Assembly: GCA_029060545.1 (NCBI GenBank)
Contig: JAIDTT010000001.1
Coordinates: forward strand, 773-64,772
Direction: 5' to 3'
From: Paramuribaculum sp.
GTDB lineage: Bacteria; Bacteroidota; Bacteroidia; Bacteroidales; Muribaculaceae
Length of the DNA: 64,000 nucleotides
Made by a program: the position numbers and the translations under genes. Shown piece by piece: positions 37,737 through 46,808 of this stretch. The notes beneath the pieces were generated by a model, which saw only the letters and a list, made by a program, of their open reading frames with translations, did no database searches and was not told the DNA's origin. Numbering within the stretch: the stretch's first letter is position 1; every line of letters begins with the position of its first letter.

Positions 37737-38836
37737 TATTTGTCAGATATTTTGGTGCCACGAACCACAGTGGTGGAGTCGATGCCGGATTTTACTTCGA
37801 TATTGATTCCGTCGCTCAGGCCGGTGACCACGGAGGTGCGTCGGAACTGCTGGGTGGGCACTGTGTCGGTGAGCACATATACGAAAGTGGAGTCGCCGGC
37901 AAACTCGATTACCGATTCCGGCAGACGCATCACGGAGCCGGTATGGTCGAGTGCTACGTTGGCATTGGCGCTATATCCGGCGCGGATATTCACACCTTCG
38001 GGAGCCGTCACGGCTGCTTTTAGCTCAAATGTATTGGCACCGTTGGTCTCCGTGCCTTTGGGTGAGATGTATTCCACTGTAGTCTCACAGGCGAAGTCAG
38101 GTATGGCGCCGATGGTGATGGAGAGAGGCATACCGACTGCGAGCGAACCGACCTCAGTCTCATCGACGGTGCCTTTGAATATCAGGTTGCTCATATCGGC
38201 AACGGTGGCTATGGTAGTGCCGTCGTTGAAGGTATTGGCCTGTATTACGGATGTACCTACTTTTACGGGTACATCGAGCACGAGTCCGTCGATAGTGGCG
38301 CGTACCTGAGTGTTGGCTTCGGAGGCATTGTAGCGGCTGACGCCCTGCTTCACGATATTGACGGCATCACGAGCTGATGCGAGTTCTTCACGGGCTTGAT
38401 TGTAAGCGGTCTGTGTCGACTCAAACTCTTCGCGTGATATCACTTTGCGATCATATAGCAGGGTATTGCGCTCGTACTTGAGACGGGCATCCTCCAGAGC
38501 GATCTCGGCAGCATTGACTCGACCTTCGGCCGACGACAGCTGTGATGCGTCGGGTATCACCTTAATCACGGCTATCACCTGACCCTCCTTAACCATATCG
38601 CCAGGCTCCACGTTGATCTGGGTGATGATACCGGATATCTGGGGTTTGATGGCGATTTCGTCGCGCGGTTCGATTTGGCCGGTGAGCACTGTGGTGCGCT
38701 CGATTACTCCCGTATCGGGGCTTACGAACTCAAATCGCTCGGGTTTCGGGCGCGAGTTGAGGAAGAGGAATACGAAGGTGCCTAAGAAGATGATGGCCAC
38801 TACGATCCAAAGGAGAATTTTGAAAAACTTTTTCAT
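37736..38836 (-). CDS. Efflux periplasmic adaptor (MacA/HlyD family)
   Basis: N-terminal TM, IKPQISGII, VKEGQ, RATIDGLV, VDETEV, GLSDGINIEV. Confidence 0.9.
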   Translation of the reverse strand: MKKFFKILLWIVVAIIFLGTFVFLFLNSRPKPERFEFVSPDTGVIERTTVLTGQIEPRDEIAIKPQISGIITQINVEPGDMVKEGQVIAVIKVIPDASQLSSAEGRVNAAEIALEDARLKYERNTLLYDRKVISREEFESTQTAYNQAREELASARDAVNIVKQGVSRYNASEANTQVRATIDGLVLDVPVKVGTSVIQANTFNDGTTIATVADMSNLIFKGTVDETEVGSLAVGMPLSITIGAIPDFACETTVEYISPKGTETNGANTFELKAAVTAPEGVNIRAGYSANANVALDHTGSVMRLPESVIEFAGDSTFVYVLTDTVPTQQFRRTSVVTGLSDGINIEVKSGIDSTTVVRGTKISDK

Positions 38837-38857
38837 ATCGATTGACTGTGTTGTGAC

Positions 38858-40105
38858 TTATTTATCGTTGAGTGCAGCCACCGGCTTGATGCGCATTGCT
38901 TTGAACGCGGGTACTATGCCGGCGCAGGTACCGAGTATGAGGAATGTGAATGTGATGCCGAGCGCTGATTTCAGCGATAGCTGGAAGTGGGCGGAGCCAA
39001 GAGCTGGATCGTAGGTGAGAGTGTCGGCTACGGCTAGTACACCTACGGCGAAGCAGATGCCGGCGATACCGGCGATAGCCGTGAGCACCATACCCTCGGA
39101 GAGAATCTGGGCGATGATATCGACAGGCTTCGCGCCGATGGCACGGCGTATGCCTATCTCGCGGGTGCGCTCCTTCACGATGATCCACATAATATTGCCG
39201 ATGCCTATGGCGCCGGCAAGCAGAGTGCCCGCACCTACGAAGATGGCCAGCAGGGAGATGCCTAAGAAGAGGTTGTCGACCATCTCAAATTGCTCCGATA
39301 CGTCGAGAAACCAGATCGCATCCTTGTCGGTAGGGTCTACGGGGTGGTTCATCGAGTAGACATGGCGTATGGTAGGTTCGATATCTTTCGGAGAGTACCC
39401 CGGTTTGGCTGTGTAGATGAATGCGTCGATATCAGTGCCGAGATTGAAGGCTCTCCGCATGGTGGTGGCTGGTATGAGTACGGCATCGTCCATCTTGGCT
39501 CCGAGACTGGCCTCAGAGGTTTGGCTCACCACGCCCACTACCATAAAGTAGACCTGATTGACTTTGATATATCGGCCAATCGGATCATCCGATCCGAAAA
39601 GCGATGTGGCAACATTCTTGCCTATCACGGCCGACTTCCGTATCTGGCTGTCGTCCGATTCATTGAGCACGCGGCCTGAGTGAACCACCGGTAGCTGTAT
39701 GCGGAAGTAGTCGGGATTTACGCCCAGTATCTGCGATGCGGTAGCCTTGTCGGCATACTGGATGGAGCCTCCGGTCTGATTGCTGGTCGTGGACAGATCG
39801 AGATGTGGATTGGCACGGCGTACGAAGTCGATATCGTTGACAGTCAGCGGCCACGACATACCTTTGTTGAAGCCGCGGTATGGCTTGGTGGTATGCTGCA
39901 CGAAGCAGGCGCCCATATTGGTGGCGAAGCCTTCGAAGTTGCGCACGAGCATACCGCGCAGACCCTCGGAGCCACCCATGAGCATGGCGAGCATAGCCGT
40001 ACCCCAGAATATACCGAAGGCAGTGAGGAGGGTGCGCGTCTTGTTGCGTGCCAGAGTCTGACCTATCTCTCTCCAGTTCTCTATGTCGAATATGCGGATT
40101 TTCAT
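38858..40105 (-). CDS. ABC exporter permease (MacB/FtsX family), copy 2
   Basis: NKTRTLLTAFGIFWG, GIGNIMWIIVKERTREIGIRRAIGA, IKPVAAL. Confidence 0.9.
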   Translation of the reverse strand: MKIRIFDIENWREIGQTLARNKTRTLLTAFGIFWGTAMLAMLMGGSEGLRGMLVRNFEGFATNMGACFVQHTTKPYRGFNKGMSWPLTVNDIDFVRRANPHLDLSTTSNQTGGSIQYADKATASQILGVNPDYFRIQLPVVHSGRVLNESDDSQIRKSAVIGKNVATSLFGSDDPIGRYIKVNQVYFMVVGVVSQTSEASLGAKMDDAVLIPATTMRRAFNLGTDIDAFIYTAKPGYSPKDIEPTIRHVYSMNHPVDPTDKDAIWFLDVSEQFEMVDNLFLGISLLAIFVGAGTLLAGAIGIGNIMWIIVKERTREIGIRRAIGAKPVDIIAQILSEGMVLTAIAGIAGICFAVGVLAVADTLTYDPALGSAHFQLSLKSALGITFTFLILGTCAGIVPAFKAMRIKPVAALNDK

Positions 40106-41319
40106 TCGTCGCGGAGTGCCTCTACGGGTTTCACTTTGGTGGCTTTGATAGCGGGGAACAGCCCTGCGAGCGCGCCGGCTGCGATAAGCACGAGTGTCAC
40201 TTTTATGGCTATCGATATATCCACCGTGGGATCTTTGAGAAAGTCGGCTTGTTCGGTGAGCTTGGCTATCAGGGAGGTGATCAGCGTGCCACCTACTATG
40301 CCGAGATAGCCGAAGAAGGTGGTGATCACCACGCTTTCGGTTACTATCTGCACGAGTATAGAGCGGGGCTTGGCTCCGATGGCACGGCGGATGCCGATCT
40401 CGTGGGTACGCTCACGCACGCTCACAAACATAATGTTGCTCACGCCTACTATACCCGAAAGCATTGTGAAGATACCGATGATCCATACGGCCAACTCAAG
40501 TATCGACGTAGCTTTCACACCGGTGAGATATTGCGTGAAGCGGTTCCAGATATGCACGGCGTTGTGGTCGGTGCTGTCGAAGTTGTGGGCCGAAGCCAGG
40601 GTGGCACGTACTGCCGAGTCGAGGCTATCGCCATCTTCGGTGCTTGATACGTTTTTGATTTTAAGCGCTATGTTGGTTACGGTGCCGTCGCTGCCGCTGA
40701 GCATCATAGCCGTGGTGAAGGGGATGTAAGATGATTTTTCCCAACGGTGGTCGTAGACTCCGATGATGAGCCACGACAGCCCCATAGCGTTGACGCGCTC
40801 ACCCACTACATCCTCGCGGTCGAAAAGTACTCGGGCGGTCTTGCGGTTGATCACAATTACCTTGCGCCGACCGTCGAGATCAGAGTCGTTGAGGAAGCGG
40901 CCGTGGACTATCTCCACGCGGTCGGTATGCTGATTTTCGGGAAACACGCCGAAGAGCGATTCCGCCACGTAGTCGCGCGAGGTCGAAAGCTGCGTACCGT
41001 CGATTACCTTCGAGGCAAGCACTATGCGCACATTGTTACTGTTGCGCTCGGCCAGAGTGCCGAGGTCGGTATCTTTGAGCTGTATGGCACGTCCTTCGCG
41101 ATAGCCTTTGTAAGCCTTTTCGGTATATCCCGGCCAGATGGATACGGTCGATGCGTTTTCGGCCGACTGGAAACTGTTGAAGTTGTTGAGCACTCCGCGG
41201 CTCATTCCCAGCAGGATGATGAGCATAAATATTCCCCATGCCACAGCTATTCCGGTCAGGAATGTGCGCATTTTGTTGTGGCCGAGTATCTGGGCTATTT
41301 CGCGGAAGAAGTCGAGCAT
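40102..41319 (-). CDS. ABC exporter permease (MacB/FtsX family), copy 1
   Basis: NKMRTFLTGIAVAWG, GVSNIMFVSVRERTHEIGIRRAIGA, VKPVEALR. Confidence 0.9.
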   Translation of the reverse strand: MLDFFREIAQILGHNKMRTFLTGIAVAWGIFMLIILLGMSRGVLNNFNSFQSAENASTVSIWPGYTEKAYKGYREGRAIQLKDTDLGTLAERNSNNVRIVLASKVIDGTQLSTSRDYVAESLFGVFPENQHTDRVEIVHGRFLNDSDLDGRRKVIVINRKTARVLFDREDVVGERVNAMGLSWLIIGVYDHRWEKSSYIPFTTAMMLSGSDGTVTNIALKIKNVSSTEDGDSLDSAVRATLASAHNFDSTDHNAVHIWNRFTQYLTGVKATSILELAVWIIGIFTMLSGIVGVSNIMFVSVRERTHEIGIRRAIGAKPRSILVQIVTESVVITTFFGYLGIVGGTLITSLIAKLTEQADFLKDPTVDISIAIKVTLVLIAAGALAGLFPAIKATKVKPVEALRDE

Positions 41320-41323
41320 AGAG

Positions 41324-42001
41324 TCAGGCAGGGGTGTCGCCGGTCACGATCTGGCCGTCGGAAATACGGATTATACGATTGGTCTGAGCACCCACATTGG
41401 GGTCGTGGGTCACGATGGCTATTGTCATACCCTCGGCGTTGAGGTCGCGGAATAGTTGCATCACCTCTTTGGATGTGTGGGAGTCGAGAGCGCCGGTGGG
41501 TTCGTCGGCAAGGATTATCGAGGGCTTGGTGACGAGGGCACGGGCTATGGCCACACGTTGTTTCTGGCCGCCCGACATTTCTGAGGGTAGATGGGTGGCG
41601 CGGTCGCCGAGCCCCATCTGCTCAAGATATTCCATAGCCAGAGCGTTGCGCTTGCGGCGCGACACTCCCTGATAGAAGAGCGGTAACGCCACATTTTCAA
41701 GAGCCGTCTTATAGTTGATGAGGTTGAATGACTGAAAGACGAATCCTATCATACGTCCTCTGAGTTCGGCGGCGCGATTTTCGCTCAGATTCTTTATAAG
41801 GGTGCCGTCGAGATGATAAGATCCGGAGTCGTATGTGTCGAGAATGCCGAGTATATTGAGCAGCGTGGATTTGCCGGAACCCGACGCTCCCATTATCGAC
41901 ACCAGCTCTCCGCGCTCTATGCTCAGGTTGATATCCTTGAGCACGTGAAGCGGCACAGCTCCGGGATAAGTCTTATTAATATCTTTAAGCTCTATAATCA
42001 T
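41324..42001 (-). CDS. ABC exporter ATP-binding subunit (LolD/MacB-like)
   Basis: [36 protein letters not shown]. Confidence 0.93.
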   Translation of the reverse strand: MIIELKDINKTYPGAVPLHVLKDINLSIERGELVSIMGASGSGKSTLLNILGILDTYDSGSYHLDGTLIKNLSENRAAELRGRMIGFVFQSFNLINYKTALENVALPLFYQGVSRRKRNALAMEYLEQMGLGDRATHLPSEMSGGQKQRVAIARALVTKPSIILADEPTGALDSHTSKEVMQLFRDLNAEGMTIAIVTHDPNVGAQTNRIIRISDGQIVTGDTPA

Positions 42002-42052
42002 ATACTATTTGACGCAGCAAAGTGGCGAAAGGTTACAGCTCGGAGAGAAAAA

Positions 42053-42089
42053 ATTGCGGGGCGCTCCGATGTGTGGTGCGCCCCGCAAT
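42053..42089 (-). terminator. Intrinsic terminator of the T9SS cargo gene
   Basis: 12-bp stem ATTGCGGGGCGC/GCGCCCCGCAAT, followed on the minus strand by a T-run. Confidence 0.75.
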
Positions 42090-42112
42090 GTTATGATTGA
42101 ATTTCGTGTGGA

Positions 42113-43786
42113 TTAACGTACGTAGATCTTCTGAACGTCGGTACCCTGACGGCGGATATAGAGGCCGGGGGCAAGGCTACCGTTCTGCACGGGCATACCC
42201 TGAATGTTGTAGAAGAATACAGGAGCATTTTCATTGTCCATAGTCACGTCTTCGATGCCTGCGAGTCCGCGGTCACCGTTGAAGGTCACTTCGATAGGCA
42301 TAATCTCGTTACCCTCTTCATCGACCCATTTCACATGGATGAACATGCGGATCGAGTTGCCCGATTCGGTTCCTTCGAGGGTTACGTCGGCGAGGATTTC
42401 ACCTTCGGCGAGAGCCAGACGGGTAGGGGTAGATGTGGAGTAGGTCTTTTCGGTTGTACCGGATACGTTGATGTTTTCAACGAAGATGTCGCCGAGGTTG
42501 GTCATCTCTCCATCACCCATCAGATCGATGGAGAAGTTGGGGAGCATCATTGTGCAGACGCCTTCAGATACAGTGTTGATGTAAACCACGCCATCGCTTT
42601 CAAGAACCGATTCTCCCATAGTGATTACTACAGCGCCGTCAAATTTAGTGCCGGGGTATTCATCGGTGCTTCCTGCAGACTTGTTGAACTGCAGTGTATA
42701 TGTGTGGCTAGTCTCGCCGTCGGCATCCACACCAACATTGCTTACTTTGATGGTGGCTACTGCGGTGGCCTTGTTGATCGATACATTTACATTGGCGCTG
42801 CCGCTGTTGCCGACAAGAGTGTAGGCGAATGCTTCGGCCGAGGGAAGTTCGGCATCGATAGTGTAGGAGTAAGTATCGCTGCTGAAGCCGGCTACAGCGG
42901 CGCCATTGACGCTGAGCGATGAGAGGCGCGAGTAGTAAAGGAGCTTCACGTCGTCGATGTAGAGCGAGTTACCTTTGGTCGCGGCTGCAGTATTGAAGTA
43001 ATCGTTGGCGGCAAAGATCACGTTGAACATCGTGGGCTGATCCTGAGTAAGATACTCGAATTCGAGTGTCTTCTTAGTCCAGTTGGCTACGGTGCCGGTC
43101 TCAGTGGTGTTGATGCGGGCGATAAGAGCGAAGTCGTTGGAGTATGTCACGGCGCCGCCGGTAGTGGTAGATTCACCCTTGAAGAGGATATTGCGCTCGC
43201 GGTTGGTCATTGTTGTGGTCTTTGGAGAGCCTGACGTTGTTATGGTGACGGGTACATTGGCCTGGCTTGCGGAACCCTTCCAGAGGTATGCTACAAAAGA
43301 GCAGGGCTCAGTGGCTGCTGATGCGCTGGCATATTCACGCTTGTACATAAATTCGATTGCGTCAGGCCGGCTGGAGAAGCTGACGCCACCCCAAGTGCCG
43401 CCGTCGTGAGTTGCGGTCTTGGTCCCTTCAGCTGTCGACCATGTGGTACCTACGGTGAGATATCCGGGAACTACTCGGGTTATGCCCATAGCTCCGGTTT
43501 CATCGTTGTAGACCTTAACGGCTTTTGCAGAGTTATAGCCGGTAACTTGTTCGCCCATGGCTTTAGCACCGGCACCGGCAAGCATTCCTGATGTAACACC
43601 CATGACGTGGGATATGCACCAATTGGCGGGGTTCATACCGGCTGTCTTGGAACCATTGCCGGCTGTCCAGGGAGTACAAGTGCTCCATGTGCCTTCAAAA
43701 CCGTTGTTGTCAAGTTGTTGTGCTCCTGCCGGGAGAGAGGAGCCTACCATAGCAAATGATAGTAGCAGAGAGTAGAAATGTTTCAT
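42113..43786 (-). CDS. Probable T9SS cargo: PCMD-like domain, beta-sandwich, calycin-like domain, C-terminal sorting domain
   Basis: Signal peptide MKHFYSLL...AGA-Q (ATG 43786); GVSFSSRPDAIEFMYK and GNSLYIDDVKLLY match the two PCMD-like domains at 10-16 kb; TMMLPNFSI..LGDIFVENI (calycin-like); C-terminal GIEDVTMDNENAPVFFYNIQG...PGLYIRRQGTDVQKIYVR. Confidence 0.72.
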   Translation of the reverse strand: MKHFYSLLLSFAMVGSSLPAGAQQLDNNGFEGTWSTCTPWTAGNGSKTAGMNPANWCISHVMGVTSGMLAGAGAKAMGEQVTGYNSAKAVKVYNDETGAMGITRVVPGYLTVGTTWSTAEGTKTATHDGGTWGGVSFSSRPDAIEFMYKREYASASAATEPCSFVAYLWKGSASQANVPVTITTSGSPKTTTMTNRERNILFKGESTTTGGAVTYSNDFALIARINTTETGTVANWTKKTLEFEYLTQDQPTMFNVIFAANDYFNTAAATKGNSLYIDDVKLLYYSRLSSLSVNGAAVAGFSSDTYSYTIDAELPSAEAFAYTLVGNSGSANVNVSINKATAVATIKVSNVGVDADGETSHTYTLQFNKSAGSTDEYPGTKFDGAVVITMGESVLESDGVVYINTVSEGVCTMMLPNFSIDLMGDGEMTNLGDIFVENINVSGTTEKTYSTSTPTRLALAEGEILADVTLEGTESGNSIRMFIHVKWVDEEGNEIMPIEVTFNGDRGLAGIEDVTMDNENAPVFFYNIQGMPVQNGSLAPGLYIRRQGTDVQKIYVR

Positions 43787-43870
43787 AGATATATTTGTTG
43801 GTTTTTCCTGTTTTGTGATAATGATCGCTACCTTAATAATAATTTGCAGCGATTTTGACGTAATGCGGTG

Positions 43871-43878
43871 CAAAGGTA
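43871..43878 (-). promoter_or_regulatory. -7 promoter element for the T9SS cargo gene
   Basis: Minus strand TACCTTTG; AT-rich upstream region. Confidence 0.6.
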
Positions 43879-43991
43879 TGTATTTTTTGCAATTATCTAA
43901 GTAATTATAGAATATTTAACACATTTAACGCAGCGGATTTTTACAAATTCCATTATCGGTTTCACAAATCTCCTCAAATTTTATATGAAAG

Positions 43992-44024
43992 AAGAAGCTG
44001 CAGCCTCAGTAGGTGCAGCTTCTT
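43992..44024 (-). terminator. Terminator hairpin after the glycogen operon
   Basis: 11-bp stem AAGAAGCTGCA/TGCAGCTTCTT, 26 nt past the GH57 stop. Confidence 0.65.
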
Positions 44025-44049
44025 ATAGGAGTAATCTTAAAGTCTGGTT

Positions 44050-45507
44050 TTATTTTGCTTTCTTGGTGGTTTTCGCCTTGGTGGTCTTGGCTTTGGATTC
44101 CGCTTTTAGCTTGGAGGTTTTAGTAGCTTTAGCTTCTTTGACCACGACCTTCTCGGGTTTGGATTCTGCCTTCATGGCGTCAGCTCCGCGGAGGAGATGC
44201 TCTTCATTGAAGTGCTCGATGTTTTTACGCATGGAGCTTACCTCCTTGTTGAGAGTCTCGATTTCGGATTCCTGATTTCGGATAGTTGTAAGCAGAGCGT
44301 TGAGTTCTTCGTTGTCGATTGACAGAGGATACTGCTCCTCGACGCGTACGATGAAGTCGGCCAGCACATTCATATAGTTTGTGAATGCCTGGAAGGGAGT
44401 CTCGTAGGGGCTGAATGAAGAGTGGGCGGCTCCATCGGCGAAGTGCTTGGTAGCCATATAGAAGAGATGGTCGGCCCCCTGGAGGTAGTACCAGTCCTGC
44501 TTCAGACGGCGGTCATTGCAGAGGCGCACACGCTCGGCTACGGAGTAGAGTTTCTGGAAGGCTTCGTTCTGGAGCTTATTGCCGAGCCAGGCAGTCACGT
44601 CGCGCGACTCGTCGGTCCATGAGATAGGATGAAGAATAGAGAGCTCTCCTACAGGCTTGAGCTTCGATACGGCTTCCGTAGGTGTCATGAACTCTACGCC
44701 ACGCTCTTTGGCGAAGTGGGGGAGTGCTTCAAGGAACTGGAATATGCCGGAATCTGCGCGCTGGAATTCGCCGAATGTCTCCATATTCATGAAGAGATTG
44801 ACGATCTGCTCTTCGGGAGGAGTAGAGGCGATCCAGTCCATATACTTATCGGCTGTGAGAGGATATGCCTCCCACTCGGTATTGGAGAAGCGCTTGGCGA
44901 TATCGTCGGAGAGCTTGGGATTGCGTAGCAGAATCTTGAGCTTGGGAGCGGAGGCGGCAGAGTAGACGTAGTTGGGCGACTTCCAGCCGAGGATGTGCTT
45001 GGCGCCTTCGGTGATCACACCCTTGAAGCCCATAGCCTGAATCTGGGGAGCAAGTTCGTCGCAGTATATAAGCTCGGTGTTGCGGAGCACTTTGGGTGTT
45101 ACGCCAAACATCTCCTTAATCTTATCGTCGTGGACGCGCACCTGATTGGCAAATTCATCGGGATCGGCGAGCGAGGAGAGGGAGTGGGCATAGGTCTCGG
45201 CGAGGAATTCCACGCGGCCTGTGGCGGCGAGCTTCTTGAGCAGATCGATAAACTCGGGTACGTACTGCTCGCACTGTTCAAGAGCAACACCGGTGATGGA
45301 GATGGCACACTTGAAGTGAGGATAGCGCTCAAGCATACGCAGTAGCGTCTCGGCGGCGGGGATATAAGAATTGTGGGCAACGCGGGTCACGATGTCGTCG
45401 TTGGCGAAATCGTCGTAATAGTAATGATCATTGCCTATATCGAAGAAGCGGTATCGTTTTAAGCGAAACGGCTGATGAATCTGAAAATAGAAACAAATTG
45501 CTTTCAT
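44050..45507 (-). CDS. GH57 family alpha-amylase-like glycoside hydrolase
   Basis: FYFQIHQP, ETYAHSL, RNTELIY (nucleophile region), NLFMNMETFGE; coiled-coil and Lys-rich tail. Confidence 0.9.
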   Translation of the reverse strand: MKAICFYFQIHQPFRLKRYRFFDIGNDHYYYDDFANDDIVTRVAHNSYIPAAETLLRMLERYPHFKCAISITGVALEQCEQYVPEFIDLLKKLAATGRVEFLAETYAHSLSSLADPDEFANQVRVHDDKIKEMFGVTPKVLRNTELIYCDELAPQIQAMGFKGVITEGAKHILGWKSPNYVYSAASAPKLKILLRNPKLSDDIAKRFSNTEWEAYPLTADKYMDWIASTPPEEQIVNLFMNMETFGEFQRADSGIFQFLEALPHFAKERGVEFMTPTEAVSKLKPVGELSILHPISWTDESRDVTAWLGNKLQNEAFQKLYSVAERVRLCNDRRLKQDWYYLQGADHLFYMATKHFADGAAHSSFSPYETPFQAFTNYMNVLADFIVRVEEQYPLSIDNEELNALLTTIRNQESEIETLNKEVSSMRKNIEHFNEEHLLRGADAMKAESKPEKVVVKEAKATKTSKLKAESKAKTTKAKTTKKAK

Positions 45508-45529
45508 GATTATGAGATTTTAGTAATTA

Positions 45530-46789
45530 TCAACGGTGGAGTACTTTATTGTATATGTCGATCACTTTGGCTCCTGCCTTGTCCCATGTGATACGGTTCA
45601 CTTCCTTGAGGCCGTCCTCTCGGAGCTGCTGGTACATAGCTGGATAGGATATTATGGAGTTGATGGCGTCGGCCATTGCGTCGATATCCCAGTAGTCGGT
45701 TTTGATCACATTGTCGAGAATTTCCGCACATCCGCTCTGCTTGGAGATGATCGATGGTACGCCCATCTGCATAGCTTCGAGCGGAGAGATGCCGAACGGC
45801 TCGGATACGGAAGGCATGATATACACGTCGGAAGCCTTGAGCATCTCGTAGACCTGCTTGCCCTTCTGGAATCCGGGGAAGTGGAAGCGGTCGGCTATGC
45901 CACGCTCGGCAGCCAGAAGTATCATCTTATCCATCATGTCGCCCGAACCGGCCATCACGAAGCGTACGTTATGGTTGTTCTTGAGCACCTTGGCAGCGGC
46001 TTCCACGAAGTATTCGGGGCCTTTCTGCATTGTGATACGGCCGAGGAAGGTGACGACCTTCTCCTTGGGCTTCTTTACTTCTACAGCGAGAAGCTCGTCG
46101 GAGAGGGGGGTGACGGCATTGTGTACGGTAGTCACCTTGGCCGGGTCGATGCCGTAGTTTTCGATCACTGTGCGGCGCGTGAGATTGCTCACGGTGATGA
46201 TATGGTCGGCGTGAGCCATACCGTCTTTCTCAATACCGTAGACGGTAGGGTTGGGCTTGCCGCGGGAGCGGTCAAACTCGGTGGCGTGTACGTGGATCAC
46301 CAGCGGTTTGCCCGTGACCTGCTTGGCATGTATGCCGGCGGGATAGGTGAGCCAGTCGTGGGAGTGTATCACGTCAAACTCGAGCGTGCGTGCTATCACG
46401 CCGGCGCATATCGAGTAGTTATTGATCTCTTCGAGAAGATTGTCGGGGTAGCGGCCTGAGAATTCAAGACATCCCAGGTCGTTGGTACGCATATAGTTGA
46501 AGTCTGCGTAGATGTTGGAGCGCAGGCGGAAGTATAGATCTGGATCCATATACTTGCCGATACGCTGCTCTACGTATTCACGGCTTACATCGCGCCAGGC
46601 AATAGGCACTTGCGATGCGCCTACGATGTTGGCAAACGAGCGGTCTTCGTCGCCCCAAGGTTTGGGGATCACGAAGGTGATGTCCATATCGCCACATTCC
46701 CACATGCCTTTGGTGAGGCCGTAGCTGGCGGTACCTAATCCGCCGAGGATATGAGGGGGAAATTCCCAACCGAACATTAATGCTTTCAT
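45530..46789 (-). CDS. GT4 glycosyltransferase (glycogen/alpha-glucan synthase-like)
   Basis: MFGWEFPPHILGGLG, HSHDWLT, GRITMQKGP, PSVSEPFGISPLEAM. Start at ATG 46789. Confidence 0.88.
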   Translation of the reverse strand: MKALMFGWEFPPHILGGLGTASYGLTKGMWECGDMDITFVIPKPWGDEDRSFANIVGASQVPIAWRDVSREYVEQRIGKYMDPDLYFRLRSNIYADFNYMRTNDLGCLEFSGRYPDNLLEEINNYSICAGVIARTLEFDVIHSHDWLTYPAGIHAKQVTGKPLVIHVHATEFDRSRGKPNPTVYGIEKDGMAHADHIITVSNLTRRTVIENYGIDPAKVTTVHNAVTPLSDELLAVEVKKPKEKVVTFLGRITMQKGPEYFVEAAAKVLKNNHNVRFVMAGSGDMMDKMILLAAERGIADRFHFPGFQKGKQVYEMLKASDVYIMPSVSEPFGISPLEAMQMGVPSIISKQSGCAEILDNVIKTDYWDIDAMADAINSIISYPAMYQQLREDGLKEVNRITWDKAGAKVIDIYNKVLHR

Positions 46790-46808
46790 GGATATGACGG
46801 AGGGGGGG

